Both the position numbers and the translations under genes were made by a program. This document shows, piece after piece, positions 10,255-23,432 of a DNA stretch of 64,000 bases (within the stretch, counting starts at the first letter, position 1; each line of letters opens with the position of its first letter). The DNA comes from Mantamonas sphyraenae STR306 (Eukaryota; Protista; CRuMs): positions 310,001 through 374,000 of the forward strand of contig JAPMXV010000005.1 of the NCBI GenBank assembly GCA_026936335.1, read 5' to 3'. Below the pieces are notes generated by a model. That model saw nothing but the letters and a program-made list of their open reading frames with translations. It had not been told where the DNA came from and made no database searches.

Positions 10255-13200
10255 ATGCCGTCGATTCTCAAGATACGAGTGGTCGAGGCGCGCGACCTGC
10301 CGACCATGGATCAGCGCAGTGGGCTTACAGACGCCTACGTGGAGATCAAGTTTGCGGATCTGGCAGAGGAGCGTACCTCGGTGGCCAAAAAGACGCTGAA
10401 CCCTGTGTGGAACGAGGATTTTCGCTTTGAGGTTCCCGACGACGAGGACTTGCAGGACGAACCCATCGACATCAAGTGAGTGCGCGCGTGCAACGTTACG
10501 AACACACACGTTACAGTGACAGGCCCTGTGGGCCATGTGGGGGATGGCGCGGGTGGTGTTGGGCGAGGAACGCCGAACGAGTCCTATTGTGCTCACACGC
10601 CGCGCAGAGTATGGGACCACGACGTGGTGACGCAGGACGATGTCATCGGCCAGGTGTACATTGATATCAACAGCATCTTGATGGGCCATGGCGAGCAGTT
10701 TGCAGGCTGGATGCCCATCTACGACTCGTTGAAAGGTGAGAAGAGGGAGGAAGAGCGTGGCGCAGCCTCACCGCTCGCCGCGACGCGCACACATCACAGC
10801 CGTTGCTCACATTGGTTGTGCACACCCACACTCCCTTGCACACTCGTTTGCTTGGCTTAGGCATCCGGGGCGCGCTTAACCTGGTGGTCAAACTCGAGTT
10901 CTTCCAGGACAACAACCCGTTCAAAGGCCTTTCGGCCGGCGTCCAGTTTCTGAGCACCGCGCAACCGCCTCCCGGCACACAGATTGCGCGCATTGTGGGC
11001 TTTGTGGAGGAACTTATCGTGGACGATGACCCGGAATACCACTGGGTGGACACGTTTCGCACGCCGCGCACCTCCAACGAAGCACGCACCGTGCGCTTCT
11101 TCCAAATGAGTGGGTATGTTCCTGTGCAGGTTGTTTCCGTCCCGCCGCACACTGCTGACACAGCACGTTTTGCCCCACAGCAAGCTGAGGAGACAACTAG
11201 GCCGTACGGTGCTGTACAAAGGAGGCAACGCCGTGCTGGAGTACAAGCAGAACCTGGATCTGGAGGAGGAGAACGGCATTGTGGCACGAGGCTACGGCAC
11301 TGCCGTTCTGCTGGAATCGTCCACAAATGCCGAGGAGGGCACCAACACGCACAGCAACGGCGACGATGAGTCGGATGAGGAGGGCACGAGCACCTCTTTG
11401 TCCGCATTGGTGGTGAGCAGTGCTGCAGAGGAGTTGGCAAACAAGGAGCGGTCCTCCAACACCAGCACAGCTGGCAGCAGCACAAATGACACAACAACCG
11501 CAAACGATAACGACACAGATGCACACACGGGAAGTGCAGACGAAGCGGCTGTCAGTATAGAGGACACTGGGTACCTGGGCTCCAGCGAGGGCGCAACGGC
11601 GGCCACGTACGAGGACACAGAGACCCGTGCACACAACGACGCAGACGAAGTAGACGCGGACGAAGACATGGTGTTGCCCATCATCGAACAGGACACAGCA
11701 CTGGCCACGTCGCACCGTGGACGCAACATCCGCTTGCAGATGCAAGAAGTACAGCTGATCACCCTCAAGCGCTTCCCGCCGGGCCTGCTGGTGCACCTGG
11801 GAGGCGTGGTCACAGCGCGCTCCATCAAGGTGCTGGACAAGACACGTCGAGTGGAGCTGCTGGAGGAACGCGACATTTGGTGGACCGAAATCCGCGAGGA
11901 GATCCGCTCGCACGCACGTTCGCTCGGCTGCTTGTACGTCATTGGGTACGAAGAGAAAACCAGCATCAACAACGAAGACGACATTTGCATCTTGAGCGCA
12001 AGTGGCACGGCCGCCATGCTGGACTACAACCATCCGCTGATGCAGGCGCGGGATCACAACGATGACGACGATGACGACAGCCACCGTCACAACCACCACG
12101 GCCACAGCCACCACAGCCACCTATACGGTCGACGCAATCACCATCACAACCGTCGCAATCGCAGGGACGGCACAGACGACGACGATGAGGACAACGACGA
12201 CCTGGACGCCGACCTGCGTCCTGCCCTGGACGACAACGAGAGGAATCGCAGGAAAACAGCACAGCGAGCACGACGTCTGCGAAGACGCAACCGCAAGCTG
12301 ATTGCACACAGGCCCGACAGGCACTGTTTCCTGTGCCACATCCCGTACAGTCACAAGAACCCGCCATTCAAGATGAACCTGGTGCCCTGTGGCGTGTGCA
12401 AGCGCAAGTATGTGCCGGAGGTGCTGCTTGCCACGGTAGAACTGCCCAAAGAGCTCAACATTGTTGGCCACGGCGTCTTTCTCGAAGCGCGCGTGTGCCG
12501 CAACAAGAAGAAGATGCAGGGTGCATCCAACGCGGCCGTTGTCAGCGACAAGGTTCCCTTTGTCGAGTACGACTTGCATCGGCAGCTCATGTACAAGCTT
12601 CGCATTCAGGGCATGAATGCCTGCTTCGGCATCAAGAGCCAGATTGCAGTGGGTGAAACCCTCTCATGGTCGGCACCCTGTCATGCACAGCCGTGTACCT
12701 CAAGGCACTGCCCTCGCCACCCGTGCTTCAGATCACTCGCTCTCTCGAGGTGATTGACGACGAAGACCGACAGCTTGTGGAAATGCAGGAGCGCATCCAG
12801 GCCCTGTCTCAGAAGAATAGGGCTCAGATTGACCGGGCACGTGGCGTGTACAGGCCGCAGGAGCTGGACAGCGACTCGTCGGACGACGATGACGACGAAT
12901 CCGATGGAGACAGCTCGTCTTCGTCGTCGTCCGAGGTGGACGTAAGCGATTCGTGGACACAGCGATCGAGTTTTGTGGTGGCCATTGACGACGAAGCAGA
13001 CGAAGACATCCTTGCGGCATTGCTGGACCCAGGGATGCCTCCAGGTTGCTTCTTTTCCAGCATGAAAAGCATTCCGGGTTGTGGCTACGACATCATGGAC
13101 AATCTGCAGCTGATTACGGTTGTGCACAGTGTGGATTTTTCGGTGCCGGACAACCGAACGACACAGGCGTTGGCTGCAGTGTTCCGCGAGCTGTACACAC

Positions 13201-14177
13201 TGATGCTGTTCAAGCTGCGCCAGCACAAGCCGCTGGGTGTGTACGACATCGAGTACCAGATGCAGCTTCCGGATGACAACGAGCTCCAGATTGTGATGAC
13301 GGCCATGGCCGTGAAGCTGGGCTCGTTGAGACGTCTAGAGATGCAAAGTCTGTTGCATGGTTTGGACGCAGAGGTGTCGGAAAGCAAGGTGCCCCTGGAA
13401 GGCTCGATGCTTGCGCCAGAGACCGTCTCCGGGCTGCTCATGTACAAAGAGGTGGGTGACAAGGGCAGGCTGTTGAGCGTGGAGGACGACGGCGAGGGGA
13501 TCGGCATGAGCTCCGGGGCATCGGGGGCATCGACAACGAGTTCCATGGGCGGATTGGGAGAGCTGGACGACCACGAGAGTGAGGAGATGCCGTTTCCGTT
13601 GGAGCCGATGTCGCCGACGCCTACGCCGGCCATACCGTCGCAGGTTACGCGCAGCCCGTACAAGTCGATTGGGGTGTCGATTACGTCGTCGTCGACATCG
13701 TCGTCCTCGTCGTCCTCCTCCTCGTCGTCGAGTTCCTCGTCGAGTTCATCCTCGTCCATCGGATCGCCCATGAGCGGATCCCGGCGCAAGACATCTGGAT
13801 CGGGGTCGAGCATGGACATGCTGCAGTGGGTGCACAGTGGCGCGGTGGGCAGTGAAGGGACGCCCGGGTGGCCACGCGTTGAGATTTCCAGCGTGGATTC
13901 TGTGCCGAGACGCACGTGCGCAACGTACCTGGGACGTCTCAACCTGCACTTTATTCGCGAACGCAGCTCGTTGCGTGAGGAAGGAGGCAAGGCGTTGTTT
14001 GCCAACCGGTTTGTGACGGATGCGATGTCTGTGACCCGAGCATATATTGCTGCTCTGGGAGGCAACGCACTGCTGGGTTTCTCGCTGGATCGATGTGACG
14101 TGACAGAAAACACATTTGCCAGCCAGGGGGCATATTGCCTGTTGAGTGTGAGTGGGGACGTGTTTCAGCTGCAATGA
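10255..14177 (+). CDS. C2CD5: C2 domain-containing protein 5 (CDP138/KIAA0528) homologue
   Basis: MPSILKIRVVEARDLPTMD..SGLTDAYVEIKF, DEDLQDEP, DDDPEYHWVDTFRTPRTSNEAR, WWTEIREEIRSHAR. Introns 10476-10607, 10736-10860 and 11114-11180; probable indel at about 12662. Confidence 0.9.
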
Positions 14178-14258
14178 AGCGAGCTACGAGCGAGCGCAGC
14201 GGCGCTCCGTCGCACCGTCGCATCCAAGTGAAAGACACACCTTCAATCCCCAGTCACA

Positions 14259-15076
14259 ATGGGCATGTCATGCACAGGGTGGTTCCTTTGGCTAACGAAG
14301 CTGATGCAGCTGCTGAGCGTCCTGGCTGGACTAGCGCTGTGCGTGAGCAACGTTCTGCTGCTGGTGGGCACGCGTGCGCTGACGACGATCCCGCAATTCT
14401 TTGGCATATTAGCCAAATGCTTCAATATCTTGCTGGGCATCATGATGGTGGCCACAGAAGCCAACTCGGAGGCTTTCTTTGAGCGCTTCCGCTTCCTGGA
14501 GCCGTGGGCAGGTCGAGGTCTCTTTCAGATGTTGTGAGTTGCGATGCACAGTCGGAACAGGGTTGCCAGCGAGCTCGTGCGATGGTGTTGGACTGATGAC
14601 AGTGTGTGCATGGACTGCGGCGGGCATCCGCACCTTTTTGCGATGGTTTGTGGACGATTGTGTGCTGACGCCGTGTGTTTGAATGGGTGTGTGGCCACGG
14701 TTGGCCTGTGGCGTTTTGTGTGTTTCTGTTTGGATGCACGTTTGGCAGTTTGGGTGTGTTGATGCTGGCTGGATCGCCGACCAGCGTCGCGTTTGATGCG
14801 CTGCTTTCGCAAATCACGGGCTGGGCCATTCTGAGCGTGGGCACGCTCTATTTGGTGATGGGTATCGCCTGCCTGAAGAAGGTGAAGGAAGAGAAAGAGT
14901 TGCAGATGGAGGAGGCCGGCAAGATCGATGTGAGCAAGAAGCAAGAGAAGAAAGAGGCAAAGAAGCAAGCGAAGCAGGAAAAGGCGGCAGAGAAGCGACG
15001 AAAGGAAGAGATCAAAGCGCAACGCAAGGCAGATCAAGAGAGGAACAAGTTCCGGCAGGGTGCGAGTGCGGTGTGA
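14259..15076 (+). CDS. COPI-associated/Tvp15-like Golgi membrane protein
   Basis: Four TM helices with FRFLEPWAGRGLFQMF-LG motif; intron 14534-14748; Lys/Glu-rich tail. Confidence 0.7.
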
Positions 15077-15159
15077 ATGTGTGGGTTGGGGGGGGAATGG
15101 CGGGAGAGTTGCGCCAGGGTGGCCAAAGCAGTGAATTGTCGCCGTCGTTTGCCTTGCCA

Positions 15160-17675
15160 ATGAGTGCAGTTGACGAAGTGACGCTCAGTACGGATGAAGA
15201 GTCTGTAGAAGAAACCCACGCGGTGGACGTGGATCAGTCATCTTCATCAGCGGACGTTGGCAGCAGCAGCAGCAGCAGTAGCAGCAGCAGCAGCAGTAGC
15301 AGTAGCAGTAGCGAGAACAGCAAGGAGACGACAACGGAGCTGCCCTTGAGCAAGCATTTGTCATCCAGCAAGACTAGGATTGGACCAGAACACTTCAAAC
15401 GCATTAAATTATTGGGCAAGGGGGACGTGGGCAAGGTGTATCTGGTGCAAATGCTGGGCAGCGACCGTCTGCTGGCCATGAAGGTGCTGCGAAAGAAGGA
15501 GATGGTGCGACGTAACAAGGTATGGATGTGGGAAGGAAGGAAAGCATGGCCTTTGGCGGAGGGTGGTTGCATGCTGTGCCAGCATGCACAGCGGGTGGAG
15601 GGCGGCCCCAGAGAGGAATTGCTTTTTGGCGGGGCGTGTTCTGACGAGTGCCACACACACAGGTGAAGCGAGTGTTGACGGAGCGGGAAATCCTGGCCAC
15701 GGCGAACCATCCATTCATTATGACGCTGTACTACTCTTTCCAGTCCCGAGAGCGGCTGTACTTTATCATGGAATACTGCGCCGGAGGCGAGTTCTTCCGC
15801 ACGCTGCAGAAGCAGCCGAACAAGCGCATTTCTGGTGAGCTTGTCCACATGCCTCATTGGACGCCATACGCCCGTGTCGCACACACACTCTTACTCACAC
15901 ACCTGCTCTGGGATTTGATGGCTGTTGCGGCCACGCGTGTGCACGCTGGTGGGATGCAGAGAGCTCGGCGCGATTCTACGCCGCAGAAGTGCTTCTGGCG
16001 CTGGAGTACATTCACTTGATGGGCTTCATCTACCGAGGTGGGTTGCATGCAGGCACATGTGCGCAAACAGAGAACCCACGATTGAGCGTGCGCGATGCAC
16101 CGGCGCTGTACGCTGCGTCGTGAAGTGTCTTTGCTTCGTGTCGCTGCCGGGAAAGACAAACGCTTGGGAGGGTCCGGGAACTTTGCCCAGCTTTCAGTTG
16201 CGACGACACTCTTCTCACACGCTCGCCTTGCTTGACACGCGTCCGCGCATGGATACCACGCGTGGCCCAACCTGCGCAAACACACACGCATCCATACACA
16301 TGCAGATTTGAAGCCGGAAAACGTGCTTCTGCACGGCAGCGGCCATTTGATCTTGACCGACTTTGATCTTTCCAAGCAAGGCACGGCAGGCACATCATCC
16401 CCGCGCGTGGTGAAGGGCATGTTTTCGTTTATGAACGGCAAAAACAAGGGACCGAGCATCAACACAGAGCCCGTGTTTGAAACGCAGTCGTTTGTGGGCA
16501 CGGAAGAGTACATTGCGCCCGAAGTCATCGACGGTTGGCACACGTCCTCGGTCGACTGGTGGACCTTGGGCATCCTCATCTACGAAATGCTGACAGGCAA
16601 GACGCCCTTCAAGGGCAATGACCGAGACGCGACGTTTGCCAACATCCAGGAGAAGGAGGTCAAGTTCCCCAAAGAGATTGAAGTGTCCAAGAACTGCAAG
16701 GATTTGGTCAAGAAGCTGCTCCACAAAGACCCCAAGAAGCGACTGGGCTCGGACAAGGGCGCCACAGACATCAAGAATCATCCATGGTTCAAGAGCACCA
16801 ACTGGTCGTGTAGGTTGGGCACCGCGGTGGTGTGGGGCACAGAGAGAGAGGAAAAAGCGAAGCGTTCACTAACATCCCCAATCGCTCGCCGTTCCCTTTG
16901 TTCCTGTGCAGTGATTCGCAACGCCACCCCGCCCATCATCCCCAAGGTGGCCCACTCGCTGGACACGAGCAACTTCCGCAACATCAAAGAAGACGAGCAG
17001 GACGAGGAAATCGACGCCGACTCGGAATCCATTGTGGACGAATTGGACAAGAAGAACCCTTTCTACAAGTTCCAATTCAGCAACGAAAGTGCAGCCGAGG
17101 CCAACAGCTACTCGGTGCCTGCGGGAGGAGGCCATGTGCACCTGGACAGCGAGACGCTGAGTGTGCAGGATATGCCCACGCCCCAAATCTCACGCATCCA
17201 TTCTACCGACGATGAAGCGTCCATGACCCGTGGATCGGGCTCGTCAAGCTCGATTTCCGAGGACCACGTGGCTTCCAGAGACCTCGGGGCAGGTGGGTCC
17301 AGCACGAGTTCGGTGACGGCGTCTGGTGAACGCCGCGGCTCTGTGTCACGCTCGCCGTTCAACTTTCTCATGCGCAGGAGCAAGGGCTCGAGCAAATCGT
17401 TGGACTTGGAAGAGGAAGCCGACGCAGGCGACGTGGGCCTCGTGCAGCAGTCCTCCTCAAACAACAAGGTGAGCAAGAACCTCGCCGCAGAGTTTGAACA
17501 GGACATGGTGGTCGTGGAAGCGGACAAAGACTCGCAGGAAAGCGAAGACGGAGACGCGGTGGTGCTGGGTAGCTCGCCGGAGTCGCATGTCGCACAAGAG
17601 AGCAGACACGAGCCACAGGAAAGGAGACAACAACAGGGGGACGCGGTGGCGGAGGCGGAGGCAGGGGATGAGTGA
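15160..17675 (+). CDS. AGC Ser/Thr kinase, Fpk1/Kin82/Nrc-2 (phototropin-kinase-like) type
   Basis: [49 protein letters not shown]. Introns 15520-15662, 15835-15959, 16038-16305 and 16810-16911. Confidence 0.92.
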
Positions 17676-17762
17676 GTGAGAGTTTGCTGATTGCTGTACA
17701 GAAATTGAACAGCCAAAAGAGCAACTCTCTGTTGCATTCCTGTGTTTGCTTCCACGCCCCGT

Positions 17763-19540
17763 TCAGGCATCCATCTGGTCGAAAAACGCGTCTTTGGGCA
17801 TTGGAGGCGGAGCGTTGGACCCAAAGGCGCTGGCGCCGTGCTCTGCACCGCGAGCAGTACGTGTACGCGGGTTGACAGCCTGGCGTGAAGGGACGCCCTT
17901 GTGGGTAGCAGAGGTGGTTGCGAGCATTTGTTGATCGCGTTGCCATTGCTTGGCGCGTGCTTCCTCGCTGTTCTCGGCTTGCTCTCGCTCAATTTGCTCC
18001 TGGAAGTTGGGCATTGGGCGTGAACTGGCGTGCTGTTGAAACTCTGAAGAGGCAACTTGGCGAGGGACGCTGGTTGACTGCGACTCGGACGAGGCAGCTG
18101 CCGTAGCAAGCGAACCACTCGGGGAAGAAGACGCAGGCATGTCCGTAGACTTACCTGTCTGGGATTCCTCATCGGCATCATTGCTCGGTTCTGTCTCTGC
18201 CTCTTCCTGCATGGCGTACAGCTGCCGGTATGTCTCGAGCAGCTCACTGTACACGGGCACGTCGCCCGTGTACGTAAACGCATCGATCTCGGGCTGATAG
18301 TCCTCTGCCACCTTGCCACCCAGCCACTGCGGCAGATGGGCATCATCAAACACCTTTCCCAGAAGCTGCTCCTTCACGGCGGACTTTTGAGCCGAACCCA
18401 GCATCTGAATCTTTTGCTTTGTGTCTGCGTCGATGAACGGCTGCATAACCTTCCAGATGGCCTTGAAGATGAATGGCTCGTTGACAATGTACAGCGTGTG
18501 CAGTGTCTCGGGATAGTACGACTGCAAGATGGTCACGGCATCTGTGTAGGAGGCCCGTGAGAAGAAACCCGCGGAGGCGTCAGTAGGCTTAGTCGGATGT
18601 GCAGGTCACCACCGTGGCAGTGCGCAAATGAATAATGCAAAGGGGGGGGAGATGGCAGGCGGGGTGTACGTACCCTTGGTCGAGTTCTTTTCAAAGTTGG
18701 ACCAGCCAAAGTTGTCCATGTTCAGAAACGCGGTGACCTGCTCGACGCCGTTCTCACGGGCCCTGTGCTTGCGTGTGAGCATAGGAACAAGTGTCTGATT
18801 CACCCAAAGGGCATGTTTGCTGTCTGGGGCCACGATTGCTGGCTGTGTGAAAAGGATTAGTGTGTGGGCAAAGGCAGCACGTACTTGGCAAGGGCGCGTT
18901 CCAGCAGGAGGACGAGGCAGCGTAGGTAATCGGTGAGGTCCGAGTTGGGCATTTCCGGGTTGTGGCGACCAGCGTGGATGACCAGCACAGGACGGTTCTC
19001 GAGATCCACTTCGTCGAGGAGGACAAAGGTGCCGATGGAGTTGTAGAACTCCAAGGCCTTGGCCACGGCAGGATCGGAGAGAAACGAGTCGACCTCAAAC
19101 TCTCGACGCCAGGCCTAGAGGCAATGCACGTCACACGCAAGACGGACGAGTGTGTTAGCAGGTATGTAAAGGGCCGTATGGTGAGGCAGGAGAGGCAGAC
19201 TAGGCATGCCGCCAGTGTGTGCACCGTGTGAAAGCAGGAACTTCCGGCAGCAGCGAGCGAGCGAGCGAAAGAGAGGGTTGGCGAAAAAAACCAAGTGGAG
19301 CGGCGTGACGTGTCGTCACCATGTGCAACATACAATGGCCTCGCGCAGGTGGGTTTCGGCCTCATCGATATTCCACTCGAACCCCCACAAGAATTTGCGA
19401 ATGGCAACCTCGTCCGAGGCCATGGGGTGGTCTTCGTCGTCCAGACGTTTGCGCAGAGCGTCTAGGTCGGCCACCTGCTCCTTGCTGAGAGGAGGGCGGC
19501 GGGACACAGAGTACTGTTGTTCGTCGTCGGATTGGGACAT
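17763..19540 (-). CDS. CRAL-TRIO (Sec14-like) lipid-binding protein
   Basis: IRKFLWGFEWNIDEA, DLENRPVLVI, LQSYYPETLHTLYIVNEPFIFKAIWKVMQPFIDADTKQKI, LPQWLGG; four exons (about 19540-19334, 19117-18883, 18842-18673, 18542-17763). Confidence 0.88.
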
Positions 19541-19675
19541 GATCCGTGTGTGGGGACGTTGGAGAGATTGGTTGCGACGCCGCGTGTGCAGCAAACGAAA
19601 CGCGCTCCATTTCTGTTTAGTCCCGTGTGTGGAAACGTACCCCGAGTGAGATCTACGCAAGCTGCATCTGCGCAC

Positions 19676-22600
19676 ATGGACAGCTTCTTTGACGAGGATC
19701 CGGAACTGGAGAACGCGCTGCTGAGCGTGTCGATTGAAGATGACGCCCAGAAGTCACAGGCCGATGCCACTGAAGATGATGGGGCGGCTGGTGGCACCAA
19801 TTTGCATGGCCACGATGTGCATAGAGGCAGAGACGAGTCCGTTACGGATGGTGGGCGTGCACAAACGGACGAGAACGTGGATCACATGGAGGTGGAGGGT
19901 GGAGCGGACGGCGGAGCAGCACAGAGGACACCTGCTCACGGGAAACAGGGTCACGTGGATGCACGTGCTGCAGAAATTGCTTTTCTGAGGGAGCGGCTGA
20001 AAAAGGTGAGCGTGAGCAAAGGGGGGGAGCCTGTGGAAACGCGGCGGGTTCCTGAGAATTTCTGACACGACAGCTGGTTGGCGTGCGTTTGTGGGCCACA
20101 CGCGCACATGTGGCGCGCTTGTAGTATGAAATTGAGCTGAGTGCCCTCAAAGTGGAGCAGAGCAGGCAAACCGCGGGATTATCAAGGCCTGCACAGGCAG
20201 CCACAGGCAGTGGCAAGGGTGGGAGTGAGCTGATCAACTCGATCATGGCGACGAAGCTGCAAGGGATGCAACAGGGCGAACTGGAACGCAAGGAACACGA
20301 GATTAGAGAGCTTCAAACAGCGTTACAGTCAGTAAACAAGCGAGCAGCGAGTCTGGAATCGGAACGAGACGCACTGGCGAGGCAGCTTGCGGACGGGAGG
20401 AATCAACGCAGCGCGCAGACGACCGGGGTGGACGAGGAAGGAATGATTGAGGAGGAAGCTGCAACAGAGGTGAAAGTACAGTTGCAGCCACGCAAATCAC
20501 GACGGAAGCAAAGCGCACGTGCACAAGAGGTTGCAGTGGAGCAGTCTGGACAATGGTGGAGCGCGGCAACGTCGTCGTCGTCGTCGTCGACGTCGTCAAC
20601 ACACGCACAGGGGGAGAAGAGCATGCACACGCGTGTGGAGGACGTGGCCAAGTCTCAGGAAAGCGTTCATTTTGACATGGATGGGGTGATGGAAACGGAA
20701 GGGCGAGGATACCCTCGGATTGCACGCACTCAGGCCAAGAAGAGTGTGGAAAGCAGACGCGGGCCGTGGGGTGTGCACTTGCGTGTCCAGGATGCACATG
20801 GCCTGATGTTACAGCGTCTTCGCACGGTGCGTGGGGTCGAGGGGCGGTACGAGGCAGACGAGCGGCGGACAGCAGTGCACGGCAGCGACGAAAGGACACA
20901 CAGCTTCCTGGAGGCACTGAGGAGTCACGCAGTGGTGGAACTGAGCTCGGCTGACTTGGAAGAGGTGCTCGAAAGCATCGAGGCTCTCAAACACAATCGA
21001 CACGACTTTTTCGCGCAGCTGAAGCTCGGCAGCGACAGCAACTTTGTAGGCGGCTCGCGCAGCAACACAGGGCGCACCATGTTGTCACGGCGCTCGCAAG
21101 TGCGCATGACCCAGTCGTCGATGAGCACGGACCTGCGGTACCTGTGCACAGCCTCCGACTACCTGGCTGTCTTTTTGTTTGGAGCCGAGTTTCGGTGGCT
21201 GGCACAGAATGGACGGATGCGTATCCAACGGCAGGGAGCCCTACAGTCGTTGGCCGCGTTGGCTGGTGAAACGGGAGACAGCGTTGCAGGTGAAGGGGAT
21301 GGACCGTGGCAAGGAGAGACGGTGGTGCTGGGCGGACGCAGGAGCAGCAGCACGTTGAGCATGGCTGTGGAGGAACGATCGGAAAGCATGATGGAGAGCA
21401 TGGATGTTCACAGCATGTCGATCATCCCTGCACATGCAATTGGCAAAAGCCGACGAGTTGGCCGAGGAGCCGGGCAACTTCTGAGGCGAGGTGGCAGCGG
21501 GTTGGGGAGCAAGGGGGGGCGTGAACAGTCACGCAACAGTCAGTCGGATGGCACAGAGGCGGGCGTGGCAATGGAGGTGGAGGACCTGTACAGTGAAGGT
21601 TGGATGTACGCGTGGCCAGGGGCTTTGAAAGACGGCTCACGTTTGCAGGCGTCGATCGAGTTGCCCGTGCAACCAACGTACGGACGTGTGTGCACACATG
21701 TGCGCAACAATCTGTTGACAATGATGGACGATGTGCTGACGAGAATGGAGTGCCGCAGCGACGATAGAGTGGACCCTGAGCTCGGCGCGCACCTGTTGAA
21801 CATCCTGCAGGCTTGGATGCGCTGCGGCGATAGGCATACCATCTGGTGTGCGGTGAACGTGACATGGATCATGCTGGAGAGCAGCGAGACCATGCGGCAG
21901 CTGGTGACGTACCCACGCGCGGTGCTGCTGCGCCACCGTGCGGGAACGTTCGCGCCGTCGGCAGAGGACAAGGCAGCACTGCAGTCAGCTCTGCTGGTCT
22001 CGGGGATGTCAGCAAGCGAAGGTACGTTTGCAGGACGATCGTCGCTCATGCGCTGGGTGGTGGGTGGCGTGGGTGAAAACGACGAGGCACATGACGACAA
22101 TGACGCACCAGGTGCGCAGGAGAACAACACACATTTGCGCAGCAACCGTACGGTGCCCTTGGAAGATGGAGATGTGGCTGCGTCGTGTTTCCTGTCTGCG
22201 CACAAGATCGAATCGCTGCAGTCGAGGTTGAACACAGGAAATAGCGGGCACGAGGAGGCAGGGCACGTGGAGAACAGTGATGATGAGGAGGAAGATGACG
22301 ACTCAAACGACAAAGTGGATGAAGAGAGCGCAGATGTGGACAGGGCATGCAGTGCGTTGCGGCAGTTGCTTCCGTACTTGGTCGACATGGTGGGTGACGC
22401 TGTGGAGCAGCAACGTGGTGCAAGCGATATGGTACACAGTCTGTTGGGCATTGTACACTGTGTGGCGCGTGGAATCAACGGTGACGCACTGGGTGAACCC
22501 CTGCGCGTATTTGAGCCTCTGTTTGTGGACGGAGCGCCTCTGGTGGAGCTTTTGAGCGAAGGGAGGCGTAAGGAAAAGCTCATGGTGCTTCATGTGTTGC

Positions 22601-23361
22601 AAGAACTGCTGCGCAGCCGATTCATGCTTGAGGTGGTGGCCAAAAACATGGAGGAGGCGGACGGGCCGACGGTTATGGAGTCGTTGAGCGGCCTGTTGAG
22701 CAGTTCGTCTCGTGACAGCCAGCGTCACGGAGTGAGACAATGGACACGCACACGCGAGGTGAGATTGGCAGCGTTGGAGGTGCTGCTGATGGTCGTACAA
22801 ACGCACGGAGCAGAAGGCGCCTCGCTGGTCCTTGCGGACGGGAAGCTTGTGCAGCGACTTGTGTATCTACTGGAAGCAGAGATGGACGAGTACACTGAAC
22901 AATGCCTTGCAGAGAAGGACGCTCGGTTGGAACAGGTGTTTGTGCAGACGTCTCGAGAAACAGCTGGGGATGAGGAGATTTCGCGTTTGTGCGATGCTCA
23001 GGTCGATGCAGACGAGTGGCAGCACCTACAGGTGGTGCAGCAAATCCTACGCTTGCTCCTTGCTGTGCGGCATGCCGAGCCTGACAGCTGGGCCCCGCTG
23101 AGGCTGATGGACATGGTTGCGTCCGGAGCACTCGCTCCGTTGCTGGGATGGCAAGGGTCGGTGGAGGAGTCGGGAGAGCGCAGCAGTGACAACAGTGTCC
23201 TGGGCACAGAGGTGTCGGGTCGCGAACTTGTGCGTGAAGCGATGGAGCACGGTCTAGGGGTCGATGTGCAACTGGGCCGGGTCTTGCCTCGCCGTGGAGA
23301 TCTGCTGGCTCAAGTTGGCACGCTGGCAAGTGTGGTGGCATCGGGATTGAGTCGCGGGTAG
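19676..23361 (+). CDS. Coiled-coil + helical-repeat protein, ATRIP/Rad26-like
   Basis: Acidic N-terminal DSFFDEDPELENALL, AEIAFLRERL coiled coil, ARM/HEAT-like C-terminus; intron 20006-20124 keeps frame. The gene is clear but the identity is tentative. Confidence 0.5.
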
Positions 23362-23432
23362 TGGGAGAGGTGGTCCATCAAGAATGAATGGGTGTGGCAA
23401 CGCGCCCTTGCCAGCAGCGAAAACGACGAAAG

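Noticed and set aside
7700-12670. Programmed frameshifts or pseudogenes in ANT (7705) and C2CD5 (about 12662), also about 1150-1225 and within the repeat
   Set aside because: These are single small indels in otherwise intact conserved genes, several at short runs; assembly error is the simplest explanation.
15160-17675. Phototropin, or a pseudokinase because DFG is replaced by DFD
   Set aside because: There are no LOV domains, and DFD is normal for the Fpk1/AGCVIII kinase group.
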